Positions 44,381 to 54,140 of a stretch of 64,000 nt of DNA are shown here, in pieces. Source of the DNA: Gemmatimonadales bacterium (GTDB lineage Bacteria > Gemmatimonadota > Gemmatimonadetes > Gemmatimonadales > JACORV01); assembly GCA_035502185.1 (NCBI GenBank), contig DATJUT010000031.1, forward strand, positions 155,899 through 219,898. Reading direction: 5' to 3'. A model generated the notes under the pieces. The model was not told the origin of the DNA and ran no database searches. It was given only the letters and a program-made list of their open reading frames with translations. Numbering within the stretch: the first letter of the stretch is position 1; every line of letters starts with the position of its first letter. The position numbers were made by a program, and so were the translations under genes.

Positions 44381-46933
44381 GTGCACCCCAGCCGAGACCA
44401 CTACCTCCCACCTGACCGCCAAGCCTTCCACGCCGCGAGGCCGCCCACCGGCCGCGTGGTGGTCATCGCGCCGACGCGCGCCGCCTGCGAGACGATCGAA
44501 ATGGCGATGGGCCTGGACATCCACACCGTGCTCGAGGCCGAGCATGGCGCGGAGATCGAGGCGCTCGCGGGTGACGGCGGGGGTTTCGGAATCGTGGCGG
44601 GCACGGGCACGGGCAAGACGCTTGGCATCCGCCGGATCGCTCGAGCCATCCTCGGCGTTCCCCTGAGGGTCGGCGTCGTCAACCGCGAACGGGAGGCGAC
44701 GCCCGAGACGCCGTCGTGGAACCTCGTGATCGTGACCACGGGGATCGCGCGTCGCTGGTTCCAGGCGGGCGTGATCACGGGCGCCGACGTCGTCGTGGTG
44801 GACGAGATCCACCAGACCTCGGCCGAGCTGGAATTGTGCCTGGCGCTGGGCAAGCGGGCCGGCTGCCGGTTCATCTGGCTGTCGGCTACGGTGGACCCGG
44901 CGTTCTACGCCGGCTACCTCGATTCGACGCGGGTCATCGAAACCCGTGCGTTCGACCCGGCGCGTGCCGCGCGGGTGCGGATCCAGCCCTCGACGGTCGC
45001 GGACTTCCTGGACTCGCGCTTTCTGCGCCGGGTGGTGCGCGAGCGGCGGGGGGTCGCGGTGTTCGTGCCGACCCGGGCGGAGGTGGAGGCGGTTGCCGGG
45101 GCGGTGGGTGCCCAGTGGCCGGCCCTCACGACCGCGTTCTACCACGGCGGAGAGCCGATCCGGGTCATCCGGCCGTTCCTCGAGGGCCTCGCGCCGAAGC
45201 CGTACCTGTTGGCGATGACGGCTGCCGGGCAATCGGCGCTGAACATCGCGGGGCTCGATACCGTGGTCATACTGGACGCGCGCTACCAGAACGTGGTGGA
45301 ACGCGGCCGCAACGTGCTGACCCGGACGCCGCTCGCCGCGAACGACATTCTGCAGATGGCGGGCCGCGTGCACGGCCGTGTCCGGGGCGGCGAGGTGTGG
45401 ATCCTCAGCGATCGGGACCTGGCGTTCGACCGGCTGACGCCGGGCCCTCCGGAGTTCCAGCTCGCGGGTGACGTGGAGCGCGTGGCGATGACGTGCGCCG
45501 CGCTCGGCGTGAACGCCACGGACCTCGAGCTACCCGTGCCGCTGGACCGGACGGCGTACGCGGCCGCCCTCCGGCGATTGGAGGGCCGCGGCATCGTCGC
45601 GGACGGCCGGCTCACGGTCTACGGCGCGGAAGTCGAGGCATTGCCGGTGGAGCGGCCCTGGGCGGAGCTGCTCCTCCACGCGGACGCGGACCTGGTGCCG
45701 GCGGTGGCGGCGTGTTCCGGCGTCGAGTCGCTGCACCGGATGACGCGCGAGGAACGGATGCTGCGCGGCGTGATCGTGCCCGGCTCCGATCACCTGACGG
45801 TCTACAACATCTTCGCCGAGGCCGTCAATCACCACGCGGCCGTCAGCGAGGTCTACGGGCTGGCGCGGCACGTCTTCGCGGACACGGTGGCGGAATGGGC
45901 CGACCGACGCGGGGTGCTGGTGAAGGCCGTCGAGGATGCGGCACTCGGCGTGGCGTCGGTGTACCGCGCGCTCGAGATGACCCTCCCCGCCACCGTGCCC
46001 TACGCGGACGAGCGCATGCTGCGGCGCTTCCAGGACCTGATCGCGCGGATCATGCCGTTCGACCTGGTGGTCGACGAGGAGACGGCGGCCGGCGAGCCGG
46101 TGCGCGTCTCGCGCGGCTCCGTTTGCGGAGCCTGGGGCGGCGTGGCCGGGACCATTCGCTACTTTGCCGACCGGTTCGGCGTCCCGCGCGCGGCCATCGA
46201 GGGCACGCAACTGCCGTACGACCTGATGCGAAGCTACGCCCGCGTCCTCGCTCCCGAAGTGCAGTACGACGCCCGGCATCGGCGGCTGCCCCTGGTGGCG
46301 GTGCGTCGCCGCAACTATCACGGCTTCGAGCTCGAGCGCGACGTCGAGCCGCTGGAGACGATCCCTGCGGAGCTCGCCGGGCCCGCGCGGGCCGCACTGG
46401 TCGAGGCCCTGATGACGGGCGTGGCCCACCACCGGCAAGCCCGCACGCTCCGCCACACGCTGGACCTCCTCGGGGAGCTGTGGCGACGCTCGGGCGGGAA
46501 GTTGAGCGGCGTCGACGGCTCGGTGGTGCGGGCCGCCCTGGGCCGCCGGCTGGAGCGCCTGGGTCGGTTCGAGGATTTCCTCGAGGCCGACCTCGGCCTG
46601 AGCGTCGACGAGTTCGTGTCAGCCGAGGCTCGACGGGAGCTCGAGGCCCTTCCCTCGTTCGTCACCCTCGCCGGCGAGAAGTGCCCACTGGACTACGAGT
46701 TGGACGGCGGCGAAGGCATCGTGCGCGTGCGGCTCCGGGAGCGCATCGCTCGAGCGCTGAGGGACGACGAACTGCCGCGGCTCGACCGGCGGGTCGCCTT
46801 CACGCTGGTGCGGGGGAAGAACACGGCGGTGAGGGCGGATTCTCTGACCGACCTGCGTCGGGTCCTCACCGGGCGCCCGCCGACTGAGCAAGCGCGACGA
46901 GGGCGAGCCAGAAAGCATCGTAGGAAGCTCTGA
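44381..46933 (+). CDS. DEAH-type (HrpA/HrpB-related) ATP-dependent helicase
   Basis: Motif I AGTGTGKT, Ib VTTGIA, II VVVDEIHQ, and III LSATVD, with a long helical C-terminal region. An alternative start is ATG 44501. The last 68 nt overlap the convergent TetR gene. Confidence 0.82.
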   Translation: MHPSRDHYLPPDRQAFHAARPPTGRVVVIAPTRAACETIEMAMGLDIHTVLEAEHGAEIEALAGDGGGFGIVAGTGTGKTLGIRRIARAILGVPLRVGVVNREREATPETPSWNLVIVTTGIARRWFQAGVITGADVVVVDEIHQTSAELELCLALGKRAGCRFIWLSATVDPAFYAGYLDSTRVIETRAFDPARAARVRIQPSTVADFLDSRFLRRVVRERRGVAVFVPTRAEVEAVAGAVGAQWPALTTAFYHGGEPIRVIRPFLEGLAPKPYLLAMTAAGQSALNIAGLDTVVILDARYQNVVERGRNVLTRTPLAANDILQMAGRVHGRVRGGEVWILSDRDLAFDRLTPGPPEFQLAGDVERVAMTCAALGVNATDLELPVPLDRTAYAAALRRLEGRGIVADGRLTVYGAEVEALPVERPWAELLLHADADLVPAVAACSGVESLHRMTREERMLRGVIVPGSDHLTVYNIFAEAVNHHAAVSEVYGLARHVFADTVAEWADRRGVLVKAVEDAALGVASVYRALEMTLPATVPYADERMLRRFQDLIARIMPFDLVVDEETAAGEPVRVSRGSVCGAWGGVAGTIRYFADRFGVPRAAIEGTQLPYDLMRSYARVLAPEVQYDARHRRLPLVAVRRRNYHGFELERDVEPLETIPAELAGPARAALVEALMTGVAHHRQARTLRHTLDLLGELWRRSGGKLSGVDGSVVRAALGRRLERLGRFEDFLEADLGLSVDEFVSAEARRELEALPSFVTLAGEKCPLDYELDGGEGIVRVRLRERIARALRDDELPRLDRRVAFTLVRGKNTAVRADSLTDLRRVLTGRPPTEQARRGRARKHRRKL

Positions 46934-47432
46934 CGTCCGCCGCGGGCGCGCCTGCTGCGAGCGCGGCGGCGGCGCCGTCCAAGAACGTGCACACGGTTGC
47001 GGCAAGATCCTCGGCCGGGATCCCCGGCCGGGCTCCGAGCCCGGCCAGCCACCGCGGCAGCGCCGCGCCGATCCGGACCCGCTCGCGGCCGCGCTCCGAG
47101 AGCAGGGCGGCCCGGGCCTCGTGATCCTGACGCCCGAGCAGGACGAGGTCGGACCCCGTCCGCTCCGCGTTGCCGCCGAGGCTCGACCACAGGGCGTCGA
47201 GGCCGGCCAGACCCGGCGCTCCGGCCAGCGCGGCTGCCCGGCCCTCGGCGCGCCGTCGTGCCAGAGCGGCGGCGGCGGCCGCCAGCAGTCTGCGCTTGGT
47301 GGCGAAGTGGTAGTGGACGAGCGCCGTCGAGACCCGGGCAGTCCTGGCGACGGCGCCGACTGTCACCCGGCCAAGTCCGGAGGACACCAGGCAGGCGCAG
47401 GCGGCGTCGACAATGGTATCGCGCGTGGCCAT
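46866..47432 (-). CDS. TetR/AcrR-family transcriptional regulator
   Basis: HTH IVDAACACLVSSGLGRVTVGAVARTARVSTALVHYHFATKRRL. Divergent from the EamA transporter gene. Confidence 0.85.
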   Translation of the reverse strand: MATRDTIVDAACACLVSSGLGRVTVGAVARTARVSTALVHYHFATKRRLLAAAAAALARRRAEGRAAALAGAPGLAGLDALWSSLGGNAERTGSDLVLLGRQDHEARAALLSERGRERVRIGAALPRWLAGLGARPGIPAEDLAATVCTFLDGAAAALAAGAPAADVRASYDAFWLALVALAQSAGAR

Positions 47433-47447
47433 GGACTCCCCGTAGTG

Positions 47448-47465
47448 ACTGACTGATCAGTCAGT
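47448..47465. promoter_or_regulatory. Perfect 18-bp palindrome ACTGACTGATCAGTCAGT (copy 2), candidate TetR operator in the TetR/EamA divergent region
   Basis: It lies 15 nt upstream of TetR ATG 47432 and 43 nt upstream of EamA ATG 47509. It overlaps the -10 of the TTGACC-16-TATACT promoter candidate. Confidence 0.65.
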
Positions 47466-47490
47466 ATAGCGTTGGCCTCGGCGAGGTCAA
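47463..47490 (-). promoter_or_regulatory. Sigma70-like promoter candidate TTGACC-16 nt-TATACT for the TetR gene
   Basis: On the minus strand: TTGACC at 47490-47485 and TATACT at 47468-47463. Confidence 0.4.
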
Positions 47491-47508
47491 GTCAGGAGCC
47501 GGCTGTCG

Positions 47509-48423
47509 ATGGTGCATCTGGCCATGATCGCGGTGCAGTTCTTTTTCGCCTCCATGACCATCGTGGCCAAGTTCGTGCTGCCCAGCATCTCGCCGGCCGG
47601 CATCGTGTTCTTCCGGGTCACCGGGGCAGCGCTCGCCTTCGGCCTGTTCCAGCGGGCGTGCGTTCGCGAACAGGTGAGCGACCGGAGAGACCTCGCGACG
47701 TTCGCGGGACTGGCGGTCCTCGGTGTCGTCATGAACCAGCTGCTGTTCCTGGAGGGCGTGAAGCGCACGACCGCCATCAACACGAACATCCTGGTCACGA
47801 CCATGCCGGCCTTCACGCTGGCGATCGCCTTGGCGCTGGGACGGGAGCGCGCGACGTGGCCGAAGATCGGCGGGATCGTCCTCGCGGCGATCGGCGCCGT
47901 GTACCTGATCGGACCCGACCGGATCCGGCTCGATCCCACGACGACGCTCGGCAACGCGCTGGTGGCCTGCAACACGGCGTCCTACGGTGCCTACCTGGTC
48001 CTCTCCAAGAAGATGCTCGAGCGCTACCACCCGGTCACGGTCGTGACGCACGTATTCCTGTTCGGGGCCGTGATCGTCACGCCGATCGGCCTGGTGGCGC
48101 TGCGGGACGTGGATCTGACCGCGGTGCCGCCACGCGCGCTGCTCGGGCTCGCCTACATCGTGATCTGTGCGTCGCTGCTGGCCTACTATCTCTCCATCTG
48201 GGCGCTGCAGCGCACCACATCGAGCCTGGTGGCGATGTACGTGTACCTGCAGCCGGTGATGACGATCATCGGCGCGCCACTGATCCTCGGCGAGCACCTG
48301 ACGATTCGCTCCGCTATCGCCGCCGTGGTCATCTTCGCGGGACTGGCCCTGGCAGCGTGGAGCGAGCCGCGCTCCGGTCGCTCCCTCGGCACGGCGTTTC
48401 GTCCACCGGCCGAGGGCGTGTAG
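47509..48423 (+). CDS. EamA/DMT-family transporter
   Basis: 304 aa with 10 hydrophobic helices in two EamA-like halves. Confidence 0.9.
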   Translation: MVHLAMIAVQFFFASMTIVAKFVLPSISPAGIVFFRVTGAALAFGLFQRACVREQVSDRRDLATFAGLAVLGVVMNQLLFLEGVKRTTAINTNILVTTMPAFTLAIALALGRERATWPKIGGIVLAAIGAVYLIGPDRIRLDPTTTLGNALVACNTASYGAYLVLSKKMLERYHPVTVVTHVFLFGAVIVTPIGLVALRDVDLTAVPPRALLGLAYIVICASLLAYYLSIWALQRTTSSLVAMYVYLQPVMTIIGAPLILGEHLTIRSAIAAVVIFAGLALAAWSEPRSGRSLGTAFRPPAEGV

Positions 48424-48494
48424 CGCTCGAGCGGGCGGAACGGGAAACCGCGCGCGTGGCGCCGGCGTAGTGGAGGCGCTCCCGCGCGGAACGG

Positions 48495-50666
48495 ATGCCC
48501 ATGCCGATCCCGGTCGCGTTGCTGTTGACGGTGCAGCTGCAGAGCCCATTCGCCGATTCGGCGACCGCCGCCCTGATCGCGCGGGCGCGGCTGCGGCACC
48601 GCGAGCAGGACAGCGCCGTACACGACTACAGCGCCACGCTGCTCACGCGCCTCGACGCCAGTTTCGGGCGCGGCGGGTTCGCGCGTCTCGTGCCGCTCGC
48701 CGTCCAGGAGCAGCAGGCGGAGCTGCACTGGCAGGCGCCCAACGATCTGCGGATCGTGGCGCTCGGCGAGCGGTCGCGGACCGTGTTCCGGAACGCGACG
48801 ATGGATGCGGGCTGGACCCGTCCCTGGTTCGTGCCGCGTTTCCTGGGCGACAGCATCCGGCTCGTGTCGGACCGCGGGTTTCCGGAGCGCGCGGCCGTCC
48901 ACCCGCTCGCGCCCGGCGCGGAAGCGTACTACGCCTACGCGATCGTCGACTCGCTGCAGCTGTTCCTGCCCGGTCGCACGGTGAAGGCCATCGGCGTCCG
49001 GGTCACGCCCCTTCGCGCGGACGCGGCCTTGATCGCCGGCGAGTTGTGGCTCGACGCCGAGACCGCTGAAACCGTGCGCCTCTCGTTCGTCTTCGTCGGC
49101 AAGCGCCTGTGGGTGGACTCGATCGGCGCGACCGGCCGGGACACCAGCCGCGCGGACCGCGAGGGCGCCCTGGTGGAGCGCATCCTGCGAGTCTCGGCGG
49201 ATCTCGAGTACGGGCTGTACCAGGAGCGCTACTGGCTGCCGTACCGCCAGGCGGTGACGCTCGACGTGCGTCTGCCGTGGTTCAAGAACCTCATCGTGCC
49301 GGTGCACTTCATCACGACCTTCGGGGCCGTGCGGGTCAACGAGAACCGGCCGCTTTCCTTCACCGAGCTGCCCGCGGACACGGCCCCGTCCAGGCACCGC
49401 AAGGGTCGGGAGGACGAAACGCGGCGCTGCGGAGACCAGCTGGCCGGGGGCGCGGGCGCCGACACGCTGTCGGGATCGGCCGGCGGGTGCGTGACCCAGG
49501 GTAGCTGGGCGGGTGGCCGGTTCGAGATCGACGTGCCGCCGGACACGGTGCTGCACGCGTACCGCGGCTGGAGGGATTCACTGCAGTTCGACCTCGCGCC
49601 GGGGGACGCGACGCGGCTGGAGGATCTGCGGCGCGACGTGCTCGCCACGATGGAGCGGCTGCCGGACAGCCTCACGGGCCGCCCCCGGCTCTCCGTCGCG
49701 TTCGACCGCTTCACCGACCTGTGGCGCTACAACCGGGCCGAGGGGGCCTCGCTGGGTGCGGGGTACGAATGGCGCCCAGGCGCGCCGTTCGTCTCTGTCC
49801 TCGTGCGGGCGCGGTACGCGTTCACCGACCAGCGCCTCCAGGGCGCGCTGACCCTGCGGCGCGATGCGGTGGCGTCACGGCTGGAGCTGCAGGCCTTTCG
49901 CGAGATGCGGGACGCCGACCCGCTCGCCCCCGGGCTCACGTTCTCCAATTCCGTCAGCGCGCTCGTGCTGGCGCGCGACGACGGCGACTACGTGTTCGCC
50001 CAGGGTGGCGCGCTGCGCTACCAGCGCCCGCTCGGCGTCGCCGCGGACCTGACGCTGGAGGGGAGCTACTCCGACGAGTCCGCTCCGCGGCGGCTGGCGC
50101 ACAGCGGGCTCAACGAGCTGCTGGGCGGCCGTGGAGCCTTCCAGGCGAACGGCCCGGTCGCGGACGGGCGATACTGGGTTGCGCTCGCCCAGCTCGCCGG
50201 CGGCTCGCGGCCGCTGGGCTGGCGGGCGGGTGCGGAGGGCACGGCAGGCGCGCGGCGCCACGTTCGTGCGTGGGTCGCGGCGACGGCGCGATCCGGCGTG
50301 GTACGATGGCTCGACGTCACGGCTTCCGGATGGGTGGGTGCGGGCGCGGGCGACAGCCTGCCGCAACGGGATTTCCGCCTGGGCGGGGAGAAGACACTGC
50401 GGGGCTATCCTCCGGGGGCGCTCCGCGGCCCCTCCGCGTGGGCCGTGAGCCTCGACGTCGGCCTGTCGTCTCACGCCGTGAGCCCGGTGGTGTTCGCCGA
50501 CGCGGGCGAGGCCGCCTCCCGGTCCGTGTCCTTCCCGGGCGCGCCCGCAACGTCGTTCGGCGCCGGGCTGTCGCTGCTCGGAGGCGCGGTGCGGCTCGAT
50601 GCAGCGCGGCCGGTGGCGCCGGCGGGCCGATGGCGGTGGTCGCTGACGATCGGGGCGCGGCGCTAG
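48495..50666 (+). CDS. Outer-membrane protein with an Omp85/surface-antigen-like C-terminal barrel
   Basis: Short signal-like N-terminus. The C-terminal region LRGYPPGALRGPSAWAVSLDVG...FADAGEA...SFGAGLSL...VRLDAARPV resembles bacterial surface antigen (D15) barrels. Confidence 0.6.
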   Translation: MPMPIPVALLLTVQLQSPFADSATAALIARARLRHREQDSAVHDYSATLLTRLDASFGRGGFARLVPLAVQEQQAELHWQAPNDLRIVALGERSRTVFRNATMDAGWTRPWFVPRFLGDSIRLVSDRGFPERAAVHPLAPGAEAYYAYAIVDSLQLFLPGRTVKAIGVRVTPLRADAALIAGELWLDAETAETVRLSFVFVGKRLWVDSIGATGRDTSRADREGALVERILRVSADLEYGLYQERYWLPYRQAVTLDVRLPWFKNLIVPVHFITTFGAVRVNENRPLSFTELPADTAPSRHRKGREDETRRCGDQLAGGAGADTLSGSAGGCVTQGSWAGGRFEIDVPPDTVLHAYRGWRDSLQFDLAPGDATRLEDLRRDVLATMERLPDSLTGRPRLSVAFDRFTDLWRYNRAEGASLGAGYEWRPGAPFVSVLVRARYAFTDQRLQGALTLRRDAVASRLELQAFREMRDADPLAPGLTFSNSVSALVLARDDGDYVFAQGGALRYQRPLGVAADLTLEGSYSDESAPRRLAHSGLNELLGGRGAFQANGPVADGRYWVALAQLAGGSRPLGWRAGAEGTAGARRHVRAWVAATARSGVVRWLDVTASGWVGAGAGDSLPQRDFRLGGEKTLRGYPPGALRGPSAWAVSLDVGLSSHAVSPVVFADAGEAASRSVSFPGAPATSFGAGLSLLGGAVRLDAARPVAPAGRWRWSLTIGARR

Positions 50667-50700
50667 GCAAGGGCTGAGCGGGCGCCTAGCTTCCCTCGCC

Positions 50701-51201
50701 ATGCGATCGCGCATGGTCGCGAGCCTCGAGATGGTGCTGGTGGTGGTCGCCGGCTGCGGCGTGGGCCCGAGGAGCGAGGTGGGGGCGGACGGCGACCTCG
50801 AAGTTGACCGCGTGGTGGTCGGTCGCACTTCGCGGCTCCTCGACGGGCCGGCGCTCGCCGCGTACTGCGCCAACGACAGCCTTCTCACCGTCGTCGCCGT
50901 GGGTCGGAACGGGGCTGCCGGCATCGCGGTGCGCACGACCCTTCCACTGACCCGGACGAAGAGCTTCGCCGTGGCGCCGGGTCCGGCCGTGACGGCGAGC
51001 GCGGCGGTGGCCGTGCGTCTCGGGACCGGGGCAGCGCGGATCGGAATCTCCGGCAGCCTCCGGCTCGAGGGAACGACGACCGTCAGCGGGGATTTCGACG
51101 TGGCTCTGCCGGACTCGGCCGGCGCGCACCCCCGACTGACCGGGAGGCTGTCGCGGATTCCGATCCGGACCGGGCCGCGGGCGGGGTGCGGCGCGATATG
51201 A
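50701..51201 (+). CDS. Hypothetical lipoprotein
   Basis: Lipobox LVVVAGC near the N-terminus. The stop overlaps the next start (ATGA at 51198). Confidence 0.55.
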   Translation: MRSRMVASLEMVLVVVAGCGVGPRSEVGADGDLEVDRVVVGRTSRLLDGPALAAYCANDSLLTVVAVGRNGAAGIAVRTTLPLTRTKSFAVAPGPAVTASAAVAVRLGTGAARIGISGSLRLEGTTTVSGDFDVALPDSAGAHPRLTGRLSRIPIRTGPRAGCGAI

Positions 51202-52322
51202 GCGCCGGCGGGACGCTGCGCGTGGTGCACGTGGACACGGAACGGACCTGGGGCGGAGGGCAGCGGCAGCTGCACGCACTGGCCACCGGTCTCCAGCGGC
51301 TCGGGCATCGCAGCTGGGTGGTGGCGCGCCCGGGGACGCAACTGTCCGACGCGTTGTGCCGGGACGGAGTGCCGGTCGTCGCCCTGGCGCCCGCGTTCGA
51401 GTGGGATCCGGTGGCCGCGGCGCGACTGAGGGCGTTGCTGCGCCGGGTCCGACCGGATGTCCTGCACGCGCACGCGGCGCATGCCGTGGCGATTTCGGCG
51501 ATGGCGATCGGCCGTACGCCTACCCGACTCGTCGTGAGCCGGCGCGTGGCGCTGCCGTTGCGGGGCAACCCTCTGTCCCGGCTCAAGTACCGCTGTCCGG
51601 CGCAGTTCGTCGCGGTCTCCCAGCGGGTCCGATCGGTCCTGTGCGCGTGCGGCATCCAGCCGGACCGGATCTCCGTGGTGCACAGCGGCGTGAACGTCGC
51701 CCGGCCCGCGCGCCGCGCGAGCGTGCTCACCCTGCGCAGCCTCGGCATCGAGCCGGGGCGTCCGCTGGTGGTCATGGTCTCCGCGCTGGTGCCACCCCAC
51801 AAGGACCCGGCGACCTTTCTGGCGGCGATCGCGGCGGCCCGCGTGGAGGGGAGCGACGTCCAGGCGCTGCTGGTGGGCGATGGACCCTTGGCGGCGCCGG
51901 CCCGCCGGTCGCTGTCGCGGCTCGGGCTGGACGGGGTCGTGCGCTTGACCGGCTTTCGGCCGGACGCCGTGGAGTTGCTGGCTGCGGCGGACGTCGCGGT
52001 CCTCAGCTCTCGGGACGAAGGTCTCGGCACGACACTCCTCGACGCGATGCTCGCCGGAGTACCGGTCGTGGCGACCGCCGCCGGCGGCGTGACGGAGATC
52101 GTGCGCGACGGCATCGAGGGGCTGCTCGTCCCCGTGGGCGACGGCGCCGCACTCGGCGCGGCCATACACCGCGTGCTGCACGACCGCGGGCTCCGCGAGG
52201 CGCTGGCCGCAGCGGGGCGTGAGCGGGTCAAGCGTTTCTCGATCGAACGGACCATCGGCGGGACGGTCGACGTGTACCGCTCGCTCGCGCCGGAGGGTCT
52301 GGCCGTCGGGAGGGGCGCTTGA
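51198..52322 (+). CDS. GT-B fold glycosyltransferase (family 4-like)
   Basis: N-terminal VVHVDTERTWGGGQRQ and C-terminal SSRDEGLGTTLLDAMLAGVPVVATAAGGVTEIV (E-x7-E region). Confidence 0.88.
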   Translation: MSAGGTLRVVHVDTERTWGGGQRQLHALATGLQRLGHRSWVVARPGTQLSDALCRDGVPVVALAPAFEWDPVAAARLRALLRRVRPDVLHAHAAHAVAISAMAIGRTPTRLVVSRRVALPLRGNPLSRLKYRCPAQFVAVSQRVRSVLCACGIQPDRISVVHSGVNVARPARRASVLTLRSLGIEPGRPLVVMVSALVPPHKDPATFLAAIAAARVEGSDVQALLVGDGPLAAPARRSLSRLGLDGVVRLTGFRPDAVELLAAADVAVLSSRDEGLGTTLLDAMLAGVPVVATAAGGVTEIVRDGIEGLLVPVGDGAALGAAIHRVLHDRGLREALAAAGRERVKRFSIERTIGGTVDVYRSLAPEGLAVGRGA

Positions 52323-53281
52323 GCCGGCGGGCGAACCTCGTCGGGTGGACCGTGGCCCTCGTCACGATGGCGGCGCTCGCGTCGTTGGGCGCGGAGGGCG
52401 ACGCGAGATGGCCGTGGCTGGCCTTCGACCTCGCAGCGGCGGCGGCCTTCCTGCTCCTGCTGGTCCCGGCGGGCCGCGGCTGGGTCGGGGGACTGGTCGG
52501 CCGGCATCCCGGCCTGGCCGTGCACGTTCCGCTGGGGCTCGCTCTCTACGGCATGGTTGCGGCGTTGCTCGCGGGCGGTCACAACTGGATCAACCTGATG
52601 CTGTGGCCGATCGGTGCGGGCCTGGCGACCGTCGCCCTCGGCGTGGATCGTGCCGAGGAGCCATCGCCGGCCCGGCTGCTCATCGCGGCCGTGGCGGTGG
52701 CGGCGGTGTGGGGCATCTGGGAGCGCGGGATCCAAATCGCGGTGCCGGGCGGGACGCACCTGAGCCTCGGTCCCCTGGTTGCGCTGGCCCTCGCGCTGTT
52801 CCTGTTCGCCGTCGTGCATCCGCTGCGCACCTTCGACGTCGATCTGGATGTGGGGGCGCGCGACGTGGGCCTCGCCGTGGCAGCGGTCGCGGGCCTGGCC
52901 CTGATCGCGATCCCGCTCGGCTTCGCGATCGGGTTCCTGTCGTACCAGTCCCGGTGGCTGGGGCCGGTACACGGCCTGCTGCGGCTGTACGGTCTGGTGC
53001 TGTTCGTCGGCCTTCCGGAGGAGATGCTGTTTCGCGGCGTGATCCAGGAGGCGTTCACGCGCCTGTGGGGTCCGCGTCCAGGCTTGGTGCTGGGCGCCGT
53101 GGTCTTCGGCCTGCTGCACCTGCTCAAGCACCCGTCGCATCCCAACTGGGGCTACGGCCTGCTGGCCACGGCCGCCGGCCTGGCCTACGGCTGGGTCTAT
53201 CAGCGGACCGGAAAGCTGGCCGCCGCCGCGATCACCCACGGGTGCGTGGATTGGATCTGGAGCATGTTCCTTGGGGCGTGA
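52319..53281 (+). CDS. CPBP-family (CAAX/Abi-like) intramembrane glutamic endopeptidase
   Basis: EEMLFRG (EExxxR), FGLLHL, and ITHGCVDW motifs in a polytopic protein. The TTG start overlaps the upstream TGA. Confidence 0.82.
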   Translation: MSRRANLVGWTVALVTMAALASLGAEGDARWPWLAFDLAAAAAFLLLLVPAGRGWVGGLVGRHPGLAVHVPLGLALYGMVAALLAGGHNWINLMLWPIGAGLATVALGVDRAEEPSPARLLIAAVAVAAVWGIWERGIQIAVPGGTHLSLGPLVALALALFLFAVVHPLRTFDVDLDVGARDVGLAVAAVAGLALIAIPLGFAIGFLSYQSRWLGPVHGLLRLYGLVLFVGLPEEMLFRGVIQEAFTRLWGPRPGLVLGAVVFGLLHLLKHPSHPNWGYGLLATAAGLAYGWVYQRTGKLAAAAITHGCVDWIWSMFLGA

Positions 53282-54128
53282 GGTACCGGTCTCGGGCTTC
53301 ACCATCATCCGCAGCGCGCCCGGCTACGCGTATCCCATCGGGGAATCCCTGAGCTCGCTGATGCCGCTCGTGGAGGAGGTCGTCGTCGTCGCGCAGCGGA
53401 ACGACCCCGCGCTCGCGGTCGTCCGCGGCTTGGCCGACGAGCGCATCACGGTCGTGGAGTCCGACTGGGACGATGGCCCGGACCTCGGTGGCCGGACGCT
53501 GGCGCGCGAGACCAACCGGGCGCTCGCACGGTGCCGCTGCCGATGGGCGCTGTACCTGCAGGCCGACGAGGTGCTGCACGAGGCCGACTACGACGCCATC
53601 CGGACGGCACTCGCGCGCCACGACGCCTCCGAGCGAGTGGACGCCTTGACGTTCCGGTTCTTGCACTTCGAGGGCTCGTACGGCTACGTGAACCCGCTCC
53701 GGTACCGGCGCCAGTGCAGGCTGGTGCGCAACGACGGCCGGCTGCAATCGGTGCGCGACGCGGCCGGCTTCGGCCGGCTCGACGGGCACCGGCTGCGTAC
53801 TCGGCGGAGCGGCGCGCGCGTCTTCCACTACGGCTGGGCGGCGGCCCCGGCCGAGCTGAAGGCGAAGACGCTGGCCCTGGCGCGCCTGTATCACGACGAG
53901 GAGTACGTGAGCCGGCGGTGGGCCCCGGTACCCGCGGACGCCATCGGCAGCGTGGAGCTGGCGTTCCGCTGGAGCGGGCGGCATCCGGCCGTGATGCGGG
54001 AGCGCGTCGCGCGGCAGGACTGGCAGGTGAGTTCCGCCCGGAGGCCGCGCTTCGGCACGCCGCTGGCGAGCGTCCGCTTCTACGCCGCCTGGCTGCGGAA
54101 ATGGGGACTGTTGCGGCGGCGGCGGTGA
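53271..54128 (+). CDS. Glycosyltransferase-like protein (GT-A/GT2-like)
   Basis: FTIIRSA...VVVVAQ...WALYLQADEV (DxD-like) pattern. Its position in the glycosyltransferase cluster supports the call. Confidence 0.55.
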   Translation: MGREVPVSGFTIIRSAPGYAYPIGESLSSLMPLVEEVVVVAQRNDPALAVVRGLADERITVVESDWDDGPDLGGRTLARETNRALARCRCRWALYLQADEVLHEADYDAIRTALARHDASERVDALTFRFLHFEGSYGYVNPLRYRRQCRLVRNDGRLQSVRDAAGFGRLDGHRLRTRRSGARVFHYGWAAAPAELKAKTLALARLYHDEEYVSRRWAPVPADAIGSVELAFRWSGRHPAVMRERVARQDWQVSSARRPRFGTPLASVRFYAAWLRKWGLLRRRR

Positions 54129-54140
54129 CTGCGAGGTGAG

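Noticed and set aside
44381-44500. An N-terminal helicase segment (VVVIAPTRAACETI) resembling a helicase motif Ia placed before motif I, hinting at a domain permutation.
   Set aside because: This is a single short resemblance. The segment may not be translated at all if ATG 44501 is the true start. It cannot be supported without alignment.
48430-48490. The 8-mer CGGAACGG occurs twice upstream of the Omp85-like gene.
   Set aside because: It is short and GC-rich, with only two copies, so it cannot be distinguished from chance.
53216-53282. An apparent 1-nt offset when I hand-translated the end of the CPBP gene and the start of the next gene, raising the possibility of a frameshift.
   Set aside because: The supplied ORF track, computed from the sequence, gives uninterrupted ORFs 52319-53281 and 53271-54128 with sensible translations. 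The offset is most likely my own counting error in a CCG/GCC-repeat stretch.
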